Position numbers and translations under genes: made by a program | From: Antedon mediterranea | Lineage: Eukaryota > Animalia > Echinodermata | Direction of reading: 5' to 3' | NCBI RefSeq assembly: GCF_964355755.1 | Contig: NC_092673.1 | Span: 4,898,001 to 4,962,000, forward strand | DNA: 64,000 bases | Notes under the pieces: generated by a model | The model's input: the letters and a program-made list of their open reading frames with translations, nothing else | Database searches by the model: none | Told to the model about the DNA's origin: nothing | Shown here: in pieces, positions 49,960 to 63,039 of the stretch | Numbering within the stretch: the stretch's first letter is position 1 | Layout of the letters: each line of letters starts with the position of its first letter

Positions 49960-52900
49960 CTAAAAAAATATAGATTAAATATGTATTATAGATTATAATT
50001 CTTTTTAACTGACTGGTGGATCGACACATGTTCAATTATTGAAGAATATTATAATGCCTATTACATAATAATAATGCATACGGTATTGTACTTCACTTTA
50101 AATCATCAATTTGTTTATGCCATAATACAAGTTTAGTGTGTTTTCTGTTATACATCATAATGTTTATGATATTATTATATACTATATGCCTATATAAGAA
50201 CCTCATAATAAATCTGTTGCAAAGCTGTATTTTGCGACTTTTGATTGTTAAAAATGTATTACTACTAGAAGGTGTGATATTATCTATATATATATTATTT
50301 AATGTGCAAATTATGTAAATAATGAATTGATAACCGAGAAAGAATAGACCTCATAATTGAGGAGTTAATTGGACGGTAACTAGTTGTTGTTCTCATAAAT
50401 TGGTTATAGAATATTATTATTATATAAATAATTATGTCCTGATTAAGGATTATCATTGGGTTATATAGAAACTTGTTGATTCGTAATTCAAGGACAATTA
50501 TCATGTTTAAATAGCTCCCAATCAATCTATAAAGAATGCAATAATTTAACCAAACAATATGGACATTTCCACAAGTTTTATTTTAAATTCAAATTCAGGA
50601 CATGGCGATTTGAATAATAATCTTATTTCTTTGCTTTCAGATGAGAATTGGATATCAAGAAATGTCTTTGAAAAGAAGTTACTGTACTCCATGGCCCAAC
50701 AAGAAACGATGTTTTAAACCAATTTCAAGTAAGTAAATCCAGTTAATTGTGCTGTCCAAGAAAACCAATGTTAGCCTATATTATTCAATGTATTATTGCC
50801 GCGGGCATAAACATAAGTCTGTGGGTTGCTTCATGCGAAAATATTTTAATTGAAATGATTGATATGGAGTATTAGTACTAATTTAATTTCAATAAAATAA
50901 GACAAAAAACGTATTTCAAACGCTATATACCGTAATTCAATGTCAATTCTTTGAAAACATGATCCCATGTTAAAAATATCATGATTTATTTTGAAAGCTT
51001 TAAGGCCATTTGATACTCGTATAGCATCCGAATGTTTCAATTTTATGAACAAATTGATAATCCGTCGGTATATAAACATGATCCTCCCCATACTTAGCAT
51101 GAACTAACTATTCTGTTTAGTTCGTCCTGACTCATTCAATCGCGTACATCGCTTAATTTCTTTCCCCAAAACTTCTGCACGAAACACTCCTTAGTGGCGC
51201 CGTAAAGTTTAAAACTGCCAAACGCCGGAAATTGGCATTCATCGTGGCCTGTTGAATTCACTTCCTAGGCCCGATGTTAAAATTCAGATCTCAAGGTGCG
51301 AATTCATTGATAATTTCAACTAATACGCATGCACTTGCGCATGCGTATTGTCGTTACGCGGAAATTGCTTAGTGATGGTAATTTGGATCGACATGAATAT
51401 GATGTAGTTGGTTTAACATTTACACGAGAGGAACTAGAAACATTTGAATGTTTTTAATTGAGAACATTCTTCCATTTAAATTATTTGAAGTACATTATGT
51501 TGTTAAATATTCGGTTAATCAGTGGAGTAATGTAATTACTGCATACGGCATTTCAAAGACTTCCTTATTGAAGAGAATAATTAGATATGTAGAGTTGATA
51601 GTTGATAAAATTCCAATTCCATATTATACTTTATGATTTATATGAAAATATTGATATTTCCCACTAGGTGAATTTGTACGCGCGAATCGAAAGCTTTAGC
51701 TTATACGCATGCGTACTCATGTTTCTATCTTCAAAATCTCTCTCTACACATGCGTATAAGCGGACGCTTTCGAACACATTCAGCTTTAGTAATATTATTT
51801 ATATTTTGTATCATTATTTGTTTACATATAGACCAGTCGGATCTGGAGGCAGGTGTCACTTTTCTGCAGAATTTTCCAAACCAACTTTTTCTAGTGCATT
51901 TTTTGACGTAGATTACGAATCTGGTTGTTGATCGGACTAACGTGGGGGCTTTTTAAAGATATAAACGTTTAAAATCTTGATTTTTGAGAGCCGAAATTAA
52001 TCAAAATAAAACAAATTTAGACAATAGAGGGCGCACTTTCTACATAATTATGAGTAAATTGGATTAAAAAAGACTTCGTTGCTGTTAATTTTATTCACGT
52101 AAATGTGAAAATAATTTATAAATCTGATCGGTTTTATATGCTGAAATTGTTTTAGTAATACACTGTGTAGTATAAAGTTAGTTAGAACTTTTCATTTTCG
52201 CGTTTTCAGTGATCAAAAATGATATTGTCTAGGCCCGAATATGAATGCTTCCAGCGTACGACGTATGTAAACAAAGGACGTTTAAACCGCGATGACAGCA
52301 TATAAAGTTCGCTCAAGTGAATAGTGGGTAGGCTTTTACTAGCCTAGCGTATTGTGACCGTATGCATGAAACATCTTTCTCTAGCTTATTTTGCATGCAG
52401 CGCTAGCTTTACATAAACATGTGTACTACTGTTTTTAAATTTTTCCCCCCGATTTTTAGGTGGTGTAAGGGCCTAGAACTTATATTATTATTACTGACAG
52501 GCTTCTAGAGTAGGCTACTACTATACTACTAGGCCTAGTACTGGTGTAGTAACTAGCTGGCATAATAATAGCGTAGGTGTAGATGTATTATGGTGTCGTG
52601 TGTGTAGTCTTACAGCTAAAACATTTATTTTTGTATACATAAATCTAATAAATGCTGTGTACTACTACCCGTATATTCAGCTGATTATAACAATACATTC
52701 AGCAACCCTATCAACCAACGATTTCTCACAGGTGACATCATTGTTCAGGTGGAAACATTGTGAAAATACTACAACGATATTGAATGTATTATTTATTACG
52801 AAAGCTGCATCTAGCATGAACATATTTCCTCTCTGACTGAGATCATGTTTTAAACAATAAAAGAAAATAAGGTTGCCCTAAAGAACTAGCTGTAGAAAAT

Positions 52901-55900
52901 CACATAAAACAATGTTTCTCTGTCCCTGAACCAACATAATTCCAATAAACATGGCTATATCATACCAAATGTATTCTACAAAATAAACAGCCAGCATCAT
53001 ATAATAATTATGGTTTAAAATGTCAAAGACCAACTGATAAATGTGGAATTTGCGTGTATGGTGGTTTGATTCCATAATAGTAATACTGTATTTTGATGAT
53101 GAACTATTGCATTTTCTATGTATATGTACAGGCGCGTAGCCAGAGGGGTTTTTATGGTTCGGGCGAACCCCCATTCCCGACATGCCCAATACCTCACCCT
53201 CATCTCTGAAAATCCTCCAAATACGTGCCCCACACAGTACAAAAGGTTAATTTGAAAAATTCGTTCGTGAATAACTCGATACCTTCTTCACTGTATGAGC
53301 GTATGTCGAGCGATACGTGTCTGTAAATTTACGAGTTGCAAATGAATTGCCGATTTTCACCTGAAATCCCTGGATGTAACGTGATATTGATGCGTGTATC
53401 GTACTCATAAAGTGAGCTGGGGCACGAACGATTCGTACAAAGGACACCGCCAGACAATAGCGTACGTACCTATATTGTTTAGATCACGGCAGTCAGCATG
53501 CATAAAGTATACCGTAAATCTTCTAATTGTAACCCTGGGTTATTATATTATTCTTTGATTGTTTTTTAGGGTGGGTTACTACTAGAAGGGGATTACTATT
53601 AGAGTAGTGGGTTACTATTACTTGAAAATAGTAACCCACCCCAACTATTCCGGTCAGCAGCTCATAGCAAAATAATAAAACAGTACGGATAAACACATTT
53701 GTTTGAACAGAACTAACTATCTAACTAACTTATAAACTCAAAAACACTCAATCCTTCCCCACACCCGAGATCAACATGCATTATCTCCTTATTACTATCA
53801 GAGTAGTGGGTTGTTATTATTATAGATTGACTATTGACTGGGTTACACTATTACTATTAAAAGGAGGGTTACTATTATTAGAGTGTGGGTTACTATTAGA
53901 AGATTGATTAATATTTAATTTCTTCAAATTGCTGTAAATAAATATAGGTAGAGCTATAATAAGCATTGAATTTGCCTTCTCACACAAAGTGCTTTTTTTG
54001 GGGATTCCCCTAGACGTACGTACGTTCACATTGAACTTGAACGCAAGTGAATGATCAAAAAAGGTACGAATACGATCGTTTTGCTCATTGGTAGCATGCT
54101 GCATGAGAGTGTCTTTTCCGACTAATTAGAGGTGCTATTTATCATGAATGTTATGTGCGAGAGTATACCATTTCCGGCCATCTAGAGGTGTCATTTAACC
54201 AAATTTGCTTCGCCCCTCCAGATTTAGGATGGCTTTTAGGTAAGGGTGGAATTAAACGACATTAAACTCATTACAAACGTATCAGATTAACATAATTCGT
54301 TTTTGCTGTAGCATACGTCGATACACAGTACATAACGTAACCGTCAGTAAACTTCGCCTGGAAAGTAATACTACGACACATTTTGGTCCCTGGATGGAAT
54401 ATGATATCACGCGTTTGGACACAACGTTGAACGATTCGTACAAAGGGATACCGCCAGACAAGTGCGTACCTATTGTTTAATAGTTGGATAGCTGGCAATA
54501 ATGAATGCATAATAGCCCTCCGACGTACTCGCGGTCAATGGAACGTCGCGGTTTTCTAGGCGCTGAGGCTACGAAGTGAACGCCAACGATTTTTACAGTA
54601 TTCCCCGACTCGACAAAAAGTACCTGTGTTCCCAGATATGGGATAGGCTCCCCGACGAGGGGATAGAGCCCATGCGGATACACAGTTGATGATCTTAACC
54701 TGGATGTTTTACTATTTTCATGAGATTTAAAACATATTTTTTCTTAGAATATGCCAATTGCGCATTCTTTTGACATCATACTTTACTAACTTATGACGTC
54801 ATAGGTACGTTATATGGTAATTTAAATATTAATTGGAAAGTTTAATACCACATTTATATAGCGGCTATTCTGAATTTATGCTAATTAACCTTTTTGATGT
54901 CTGACCGTATCATGTTCATTTCAACAAGAAAATGTTAGAAAATTGTTTTCCTGCGGTTTCTACATTTTTTTTAGCATAGGATAATGTCATTTAAGCAGTT
55001 ATAACATAATATATGACGTCACAACTACCTTATGACGTCATAGTTACGTCATATGGTAATTTAAATATGCTAGTTTGAAAGTTTAATGTCACATTTATAT
55101 TTACTCGTAATGCACTTAGGTGGTCTAAAACCAACCGTTGAGGAGATATGGGAACTTCAAATGGTAAATGGCGGCCATTTTGAATTTATGCCAATTAACC
55201 CACTTTCCGGTGTCCGATTTCGATAAATTTTGGATATGATGTTTATTTGGACTATATCAACTAGACAACACATTTCTGTTGCATTTAACATATCTAAACG
55301 ATTTCCTCTTCATAAAATGACTTATTTGACCTAAATTGACCTTTGACCCTTCATATCTCAAAAACGCCCCCTCCCCGTCGCGATCAACATTCATATTCGT
55401 ATTCTACAGCCAAAATTACCCCAGAAAAAGTACATGAAGTAAATTCTGCAAAAAGTGACACCTACACCTCAAATACGACTGGTCTAATATTATTTATCTA
55501 CAAATCATCAGCAAAATGTAAACAATAGTTACCTGCTTTAAACGTCTCCATTTTGCTCTGCGATTTTGGAACCATGTTTTTACCTGAAAATAAAAAAAAA
55601 CAAATATAAAACATTTATTTAAAATTGCTTTATTATCAATAACCACTAATTCTATCATCTATAAATTTAAAAAAACATTAAGACAAAGGTCAAATGAATA
55701 CAATGTACATGAAAGCGATACATAATTGCGAAAAAACAACAGAAACTGAGAACATATCAGGCCAAACAATCTAAAAAAAAGTTTCATTTGTTTCAAGATA
55801 ACAAATTTTCTTGTATTCCTTTGTGTTCGTCAACCGTAATAACCAAATACTCGAAATATAACCTATTTAAATAGGCGTTAAATAACGTGACAAGATAATT

Positions 55901-58900
55901 GGATATTGCAGTTTAATATATAATTCCTTAAACTAATATTGGCGCCAAAACTGTGAGAATCATTCAACGCACAGGCTATTTTCTAACGTGTTGAAACGAG
56001 GACTAATTCAAGAGCCGCCAATTCGAACTGCTCGTTAGTAGAGGAACTCAGAGGCTATAATTACAAATTATCTGCTTATGGTGGCTTCCTTTCTACAACT
56101 CTAATATCTTTCCTGTATCTCAGTAAAGAATCCGGGCCCGTTTCATGTACAAAGGGTACTGTTTTTTACGGGAGGCCGTTTCACAAATTCAATCAAGCTT
56201 AATAAAGTATTACAATAACGTGTCAATTAGTTAATAATTGTGACCATCATCACTATACAGGATACTGCAGAGAAAACTATTGAATTGAAGTATAGAAACA
56301 AACACAATGTTAAATTCGTTTAAAAAAATGTGATACCCTTTCATTCGAATGTGGTTAGGCCTGTTTGTTACTCGGTTACATTAGTAACGATAGCCAAAAC
56401 TATTTAAATACAGGGGCCTACTTTGGAACATTAATAGGCCTACCATGAGCAGTAGTAGTCCTGGATGTTGTTGTATGAAAACAAAATGTCTTTGGAGGAA
56501 TAGGTTGTATATCATTAAGCAGTTGTAATTTTCCACACCGTACTAACTAATTACAATAACAAAGATCATGAACGAAGTATGAAGGGAGTTTACCCTTTTG
56601 ACACCTATCAGACAATAACACCAATTAATTAACTTCCGTAATCTTTTATTGTGACGAACAGGGCAAAATGAAAAATGTGCGGGTACATACACAGTTAACA
56701 CGTGACCTGGTACTCTATGACATTCTAGTGAAAATGTGCTACCATGTACGCAATTCATGTTTAATGTTATAGAATAAATATATAGTTATAAATGTCTGTT
56801 GGCAGTTGTATGCTATTTTGTTCTTACTGTGTTAATTGTATTTATTACTAAGCCTAAAAGTAGGCCTAAAGTCTATAACTGTTCGTTTGAAATTCTAAAA
56901 ATATCTTAAGTATGATATCTAACTGTATAGCTTGGTCTATTAAAACTTTATTGGATATCAATTCACAGTAATTCATTATCAGAAACAATAGACACGATCA
57001 CTGAACTTTCAATTCCCTTCATTTACATTATACAGCAAACATGAAACATATGCCAACAAAAGGGTACTTTTAAAACGGATATTAAGTTAACTTAAGATCT
57101 TGTTCGGGACACTTAGGGGTATTATTATATTATAAGCAACTGACTGAATTCATTTTGTAAGCGACGCGTAAGTGAATTTCATATGGCGAAAGTCTGTAGA
57201 AAGGGGTTGTACATTTACACCGCTAATTAATGCGTGGTTTCCACTAGACGCAACGCAACGACGTAACCCATCGTAAAGCTTGGTTTCCACTAGAACGTAA
57301 CGCAATGACGTAAACGTAACGCAAGCGTTTTAACCAATGACAAGCGAAGTTATAGACAGTTAGCAATGACAAGCAAATAAGCCATCGCTTGTGATTGGTC
57401 AATTCACTTGCGTTGCGTTACGTCCTTGCGTTGCGTCGCTAGTGGGAACCACGCTTAAGGGATTTGTCCAATCACAAGCGATGGATTATTCGAACTGTCG
57501 CTTGTCATTGTCAACTCGCTTGCGTTGCGTCTACGTCTTTGCGTTGCGTCCTAGTGGCAACCAAGCTTAAGATACCCGTACGTTTAATTCATATTTTTTT
57601 AATATTAAAGTTTAAGTAAGTTGGAGAATTTGCGGAAGACTGTCGATATTTGAGAAAGCGGCATTTATTAAATTTGGTTGAATTGTTATGATTTTTGTAG
57701 GTTGTGATTTGATATTTATTAATGGTGCCTTTAATCTTCATTGATAATGTTGATATTGTGAATTATTCTCTCTGTTTTGATTTTATCTTTTCATTTCACG
57801 CTTGGGTGCACACGGAACAACAAATTTAACTGATGAATTATTCATGTTTATTTTGTGACGTTTCATGAGGGGTCCCCAACTTATGTACGAAAAAAAAAAT
57901 CGCGGCCCGGATCCCCACACCCCACAAAAATTAGCTGTTTTCAAGTTGAATCAAGTTTTGTTTTAAATTACCTGTCTTTCGCTAAGTTGCAGTAATTTTG
58001 CCAACTTTTTACGTTCTGGTGGTGACAAATATTTTTGGTTCTCAAACTTCTTTTCCAACTCCATTGTTTGGTCATTAGAGAATCTAACTTGTCCTCCTTT
58101 TCGTTTGTGTAGGGGTCTTTGTATGAACGGATTCCATAGGAAAGGTTTTCCTGAAACTGTAGATAAAAGAAGAATTTATGTTACGTAACACATTATAAAT
58201 AACAATTATATGGATATCTATAGTTGTGATTTAATGATACTATAGTTTTATATCATCAAATACAATGATAAGAAATGTAAGCAATGATTCAACGTTTCGA
58301 TCTTTATTTGATCATCGTCAGGAATGATAAAGGCTGTATTCAAAGAATTTAGAGAAATTTTTTAAACAAAGAATTCCAATCGAATAGTCGATATATATAA
58401 ATATAATGTGTTATTTTAGCCTATTCTCAGTAATATATCTATAATTGATTGTAGTATCATAGGCAAATTATATGATACAGAATAATATGTGACGCCTCAT
58501 TTTAAAGATAAATTTTCAACAAATTTTAGAAAAATTTAAATTCAGTCTTCGAGGATAAACAATCAATGAATAACGAAAACGAGGATATTTGTATAATTCG
58601 TTACCATTGATCATTTCATTTATTGTATGAATCAATAAGTCTAAATTGTTTTCAATCTAAAGCGCAAACGGAACCATCCGGACTTGAGTACTATTCCTCT
58701 ATGTATTTTTCAGGAGGTAATAGAGGTAATATATAAAGCTATTATATGATATAATATAGCATTAAATTGCATTTTCAGAAGGTTAATTATTTTCGCTCTT
58801 GTGATGTGCGGTTCTTCGATTGGTGTTTTACAATAAAAGACCACTGTATACAGGAAGGTTATACCGTCGATCGAATACTGTATTAAATATTATGCTCTTC

Positions 58901-61900
58901 ATAGAACCCAACAATATAATACATTCGCATTATATTTGTATCATAAAACAGGTGTTTAATTTGTGTGTATATACATTTCACTTATTATTAACTTGCACTG
59001 ATGAAGGACTAGTGTTTCCCGAAAGCTCTGCTAATTTTTCTGGCTGTTTAGTTTATCGTTTTGATTTAGTTTTTTGCTTTTTTTATTTTGTATCTCCAAT
59101 GAGGCCCAGCCACTGATACCAACAGCATTGTTATTTTTTTTTTCATTAATTTGCCTTAGGACTTATATTTTACTTATTATTTTTTTCTTTTTATATATGG
59201 TTAGGCCTATAATAGTTGAGTCCAATATGGGACATCGTGGAAATAGTTTGAAAATAGCAGGTGCGAAAGAGTTTGTTTGGCAAGTGAGAAAAAGAGTTTG
59301 ATAGTGTATTGATAAACTGTAACGAATCCAAAACAAATTGAAGTTAACGGTCACCCTTAATGAGTGCTTGAAATACGCGATTTCCTCGTGTCATTAGCCA
59401 AAGTGCTATGTCTATTTACCCTTTTCCTATGTCTATTTACCCTTTTCCTCGTCTCTTTTGTGAGGCGTACTGTGTAAGCATGATTGTGATGTTTGACTGT
59501 CAAAATGACATATAAATATCAATTAGTTTATTAATTAGTGGTTTTATATATTTGTTTAGGATTTTTATTGCTCTTTTCATATAGGTGTTATTGATTTCCT
59601 TATTACTGGTGTATTTTGTTATAGGCCTATTCAAATCTGTCCTTACCCATTAGATTTACAGATTTGATCATTGCCGTCTTAAACCTGATTTATAACTGAA
59701 TAATAGGTTAATACAGCCTGTTAAGGCTATTTTTGTTGGGATGCCACCTGCCTTGTTAAACTTTCAGTGGAATTGTATTGTTAATTTTTTTTTTCTTTGC
59801 GGTTACTAACATGGGTACTTTTGTCCCGGATTCAGGAAAAGTGCTTAGCATTGCAGCCTGGCTGACTGGTGGTTACCCCTTCGGATATGCTAAATACATT
59901 GCATTTTAAATAGGTGAACCAGTATAAAGAAAAACCGCCTTCTATTCAAACCACTATACAATATCCGAACGAGTTCAATGTACAGTTGCTAATCTTACAG
60001 TTAGTTCTTTCCCACATTGATGGCTTTTACTGACATCCTGGGCCATGTTTAAAAGAGAAGATCAACCAAGAGGTGTGGAAACGTTTCCTGTCCAGGGAGC
60101 ATAACGGAAACGCTAGGGCGCAGCTGGCGAAGTTTCTTAGACTGTTGTAAGCCAAATGGGCCTAGCTGATAAGAGGCATTGACTGGTAAAGGCAGGAAAC
60201 TATAAAACATGTACTAATCTCCCAGATTACAGACACAATACGTTAAATAAGCTTATTCAATAACTAATATGGACATGAATAGCTGAAATAGGGAAATCAT
60301 ATGCATTATGCAAGTTCTATTAATTTTCTTGGTAGAACGCGACCATCGAAGATTATTTACGATTTATGAGAATTTACTGACGATTAACCCATCGCCAATC
60401 AATGAGTAATACGTTCGATATTGATCATTACTTCGTAAATCTGATCAGATTGAATCTCCTATCATAGCGCCAATGGGACCTTTAGATATTATTCGCAATA
60501 TCCTGGATAAGTTAGCTATTGTTGTCTTGTTAAAGGCTCAAACCAGTATGATTATACCCTATTGCGGTACTCCTCAACCACTTATACATTTTTGTTTTCT
60601 TTTATTATTTATTTGAAATCAATGATGCGGAAATTTAGTCGGCACCTGGATCTAACAAATAATCATAACGTATGTAATATTAAAACTGTTTTATACAAAC
60701 AGGGCCTAATATAAATAAGGTGAAAATGAATCAATATACGTAAACAATTAACATACTAACCACTCCACCACCATAACAATAAGTAATTTAAACTAAAGCT
60801 CATCAATATCATCTTTATTTATTGCTTCTTATTAATACACCCACCTCCTTCATTTGATATGATTATTATTTTAAGGGCATGTTTAAAATTATATTTGTAT
60901 TAAATTATTAATAATATTGATATATTATCATTACCATCTGAAAAAATCACATTTTCTTTTCCAAAATGATTAATGTCATTTTAACAGAATACTAAAACGT
61001 AAAGTAACTAAAACCTGTAAGTTTGTCTTTGTTTTAAAGCGTTTTTTTAAACAAGGAAGCTACATAATAATTTAATGAGAGGAAACACACACGCACCCAC
61101 GGCCTGCCACAAAGAATTTTTTAAAACTGTAAAATATCATATAACATAAACATGAAGGAATTATTAAAAATGATATAAATTATGACCCTGGAGAAAAAAA
61201 TATGACATATGACCTAATTTCTCTCCCAATCTAAATCATCGAAAACATAATGTTATGTGTTATCTTCCTAATTTGTATTAAATAAGCATAGGGATTAACA
61301 CATTTCTTTAAGCATTTAACATTGATATTATTATTACAACAGTTGTATTTATATTAATTATAATTTCGTCATCCATAAGAGAGATGAATGGATAAATAGA
61401 TAAGTTTTAGGCTATAACTGTTTCTTGAATCATGGATCTATAATAAGGTCCATGCTTGAACTAATGTATGTTACCGTTGCTGTCTGAGCATGGCCATCAT
61501 TTCTAACAAAATGTCGTTTTTAATAAAATAAGGTCCCAATTAATTGTTTTTGTTAAATTTTAAATTGTGTGAACATGGAATAATTAGAATATTGTACATT
61601 GTAAAATGTACCTGACTTTGAATATTTGAATGATTGCATTTAATTTGATAAAATAATCATGATAATATAAAGTATTTGTGTCCATCCCAAATAAAGTATT
61701 CATGAATTATTACAGTATATAAAATGTTAATTACCAAAGTAGATCAATAATATTCTGTTATATAACAATGCTTTTGTGAAGTATTGGCAAATAACAATCG
61801 ACAGCTTTTGTAAGTAGCTTGGCTATGTCGGATGTTGATACCATCAAAATTAATATTGCATATATTACACAAACAATTGACTAATTATTTCCTTATAAAC

Positions 61901-62875
61901 AAAGCGCGCTATTGTTTGTAGAACGATAATAATATTCCTTGAAAAACAAGTATATAGACCTTATACCGTGATTCCTACATTGCAAAACATAACTTTGATT
62001 ACAAATGTTTATGATAAAAGATAACGAAAAATAATGATCATATTGATAATTAAATATTAAAAATAGGAATGAGATGATAACAGGCATATTATATTGTTAA
62101 AACGATAGTAAAAACCTATAACAATATAAAAAGTGTTCATGTTATATTTTGGTACCCTATTGTACACTTTACTTACTTTGAGTATCATTGCAAAATATAA
62201 AAAAAATTATATACTTTAGATCATAACATTTGATATTAAACACACATTTAGTAGAATCCCTATTATGGAGACAACTTCAAACCTAAAAAAGTTAAATTAA
62301 AAACATAAATATTTCCCCTTGTTTGTTCGAGGCCCCTTATGGTTCTATCGTGATAAATAGTAATAAATAGTAAGTTATTTTAATAATAAGGTTTTAAAAT
62401 ACATACCTTTGTTATATGGATCGTGCATTTCTCTGATTGTTTGTGTATGGTAGTCTGCTCGATGGTATGGGTACAAAGGACCAGAAAATCCGTTGTTATA
62501 ACTTAATGGAGAAGGAGACGTCATTGCCTGAGTTGGAGAAGTTAAAGCTGGTGATGGTAAAGACTGTTCGTAATAGGAATTTCTTTGGCAACTGTTCTGG
62601 TACTGTATGCCTCCGGTGTTGGAGTAACTACCATTGAAATTAGCACTTGGCGGTAACGTTGGTGTTGGTCTTGCTGGGCCTAAGTTGTAGGCCTGACGTC
62701 CAAGAATATTATCTATATAAAACGGCGTGTGTCCAACTGCCTGGTGGTGTGTGGCCTGTGCGATGCTCGGTTGCACTGGGGTGGGGGCTACGATAGAAGA
62801 TACGGGGTTCATCATGAGGGGTCCCCCACCACATGATGCCGTCACGCTGGGTGGTGGGTATGGAATCGTCGACAT
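49747..62875 (-). CDS. HHEX: Hematopoietically expressed homeobox (Hhex/PRH), about 303 aa; coding exons 62875-62407, 58150-57972, 55583-55533, 49959-49747
   Basis: N-terminal eh1 motif TPFYIDNIL and RPTP; diagnostic KPFLWNPFIQRPLHKRKGGQVRFSNDQTMELEKKFENQKYLSPPERKKLAKLLQLSERQ|VKTWFQNRRAKWRRLKQ homeodomain; acidic C-terminus; phases consistent (469+179+51+213 nt). Confidence 0.97.
51829..55486. mobile_element. 3.66-kb non-autonomous TIR DNA transposon (Academ-like) in Hhex intron 3
   Basis: Imperfect TIR of about 46 bp, TAGACCAGTCG...GGTGTCACTTTT.TGCAGAATTT, at both ends; ATA on both flanks; no intact transposase ORF. Confidence 0.7.
55533..55583 (-). CDS. HHEX: Hhex exon 3 (helix 3: VKTWFQNRRAKWRRLKQ)
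   Basis: TTTTCAG| acceptor, CAG|GTAACT donor. Confidence 0.97.
57231..57567. mobile_element. MITE family 2 copy containing a second inverted copy (57277-57455)
   Basis: Outer and inner elements are each flanked by TAA...TAA. Confidence 0.85.
57972..58150 (-). CDS. HHEX: Hhex exon 2 (homeodomain helices 1-2)
   Basis: TTTCAG| acceptor, KPFLWNPF...LSERQ, CAG|GTAATT donor. Confidence 0.97.
58287..58325 (-). ncRNA. Minimal type-I hammerhead ribozyme (Penelope-type)
   Basis: Minus strand reads AUUC-CUGACGA-U-GAUC-AAAUAAA-GAUC-GAAA-CG-UU-GAAU: stem I, conserved core, stem II and palindromic stem III. Confidence 0.75.
58995..59031 (+). ncRNA. Minimal type-I hammerhead ribozyme (Penelope-type)
   Basis: GCA-CUGAUGA-AGGACUAGUGUUUCCC-GAAA-GC-UC-UGC: stem I GCA/UGC, conserved core, AGCU palindromic stem III. 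Confidence 0.65.
62407..62875 (-). CDS. HHEX: Hhex coding exon 1 (Pro-rich N-terminus, eh1 motif)
   Basis: ATG at 62875, ORF MSTIPYPPP...TPFYIDNILGR...DPYNK, AAG|GTATGT donor. Confidence 0.93.
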
Positions 62876-63039
62876 TATAAGCCTGGAAAATGCAAAGAAA
62901 GAAAGATATACAAAAACCCAAGCGATCAATGCAAACTTCAAAATAGACTTGATACTGTATTGACCAAACGATTGACCAGTCCCAACCAAGTCAACTTTCT
63001 GTTTGAGAATAGACCTTTCTTCGCACTAGACTAATCAAG

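Noticed and set aside
59740-60220. GC-richer segment in Hhex intron 1 as a nested gene
   Set aside because: No sustained ORF or recognisable motif; probably a decayed transposon
62876-62989. N-terminal hydrophobic extension of the Hhex ORF in the track
   Set aside because: Non-ATG start; the hydrophobic stretch is the translated pyrimidine tract; the real start is most likely the ATG at 62875
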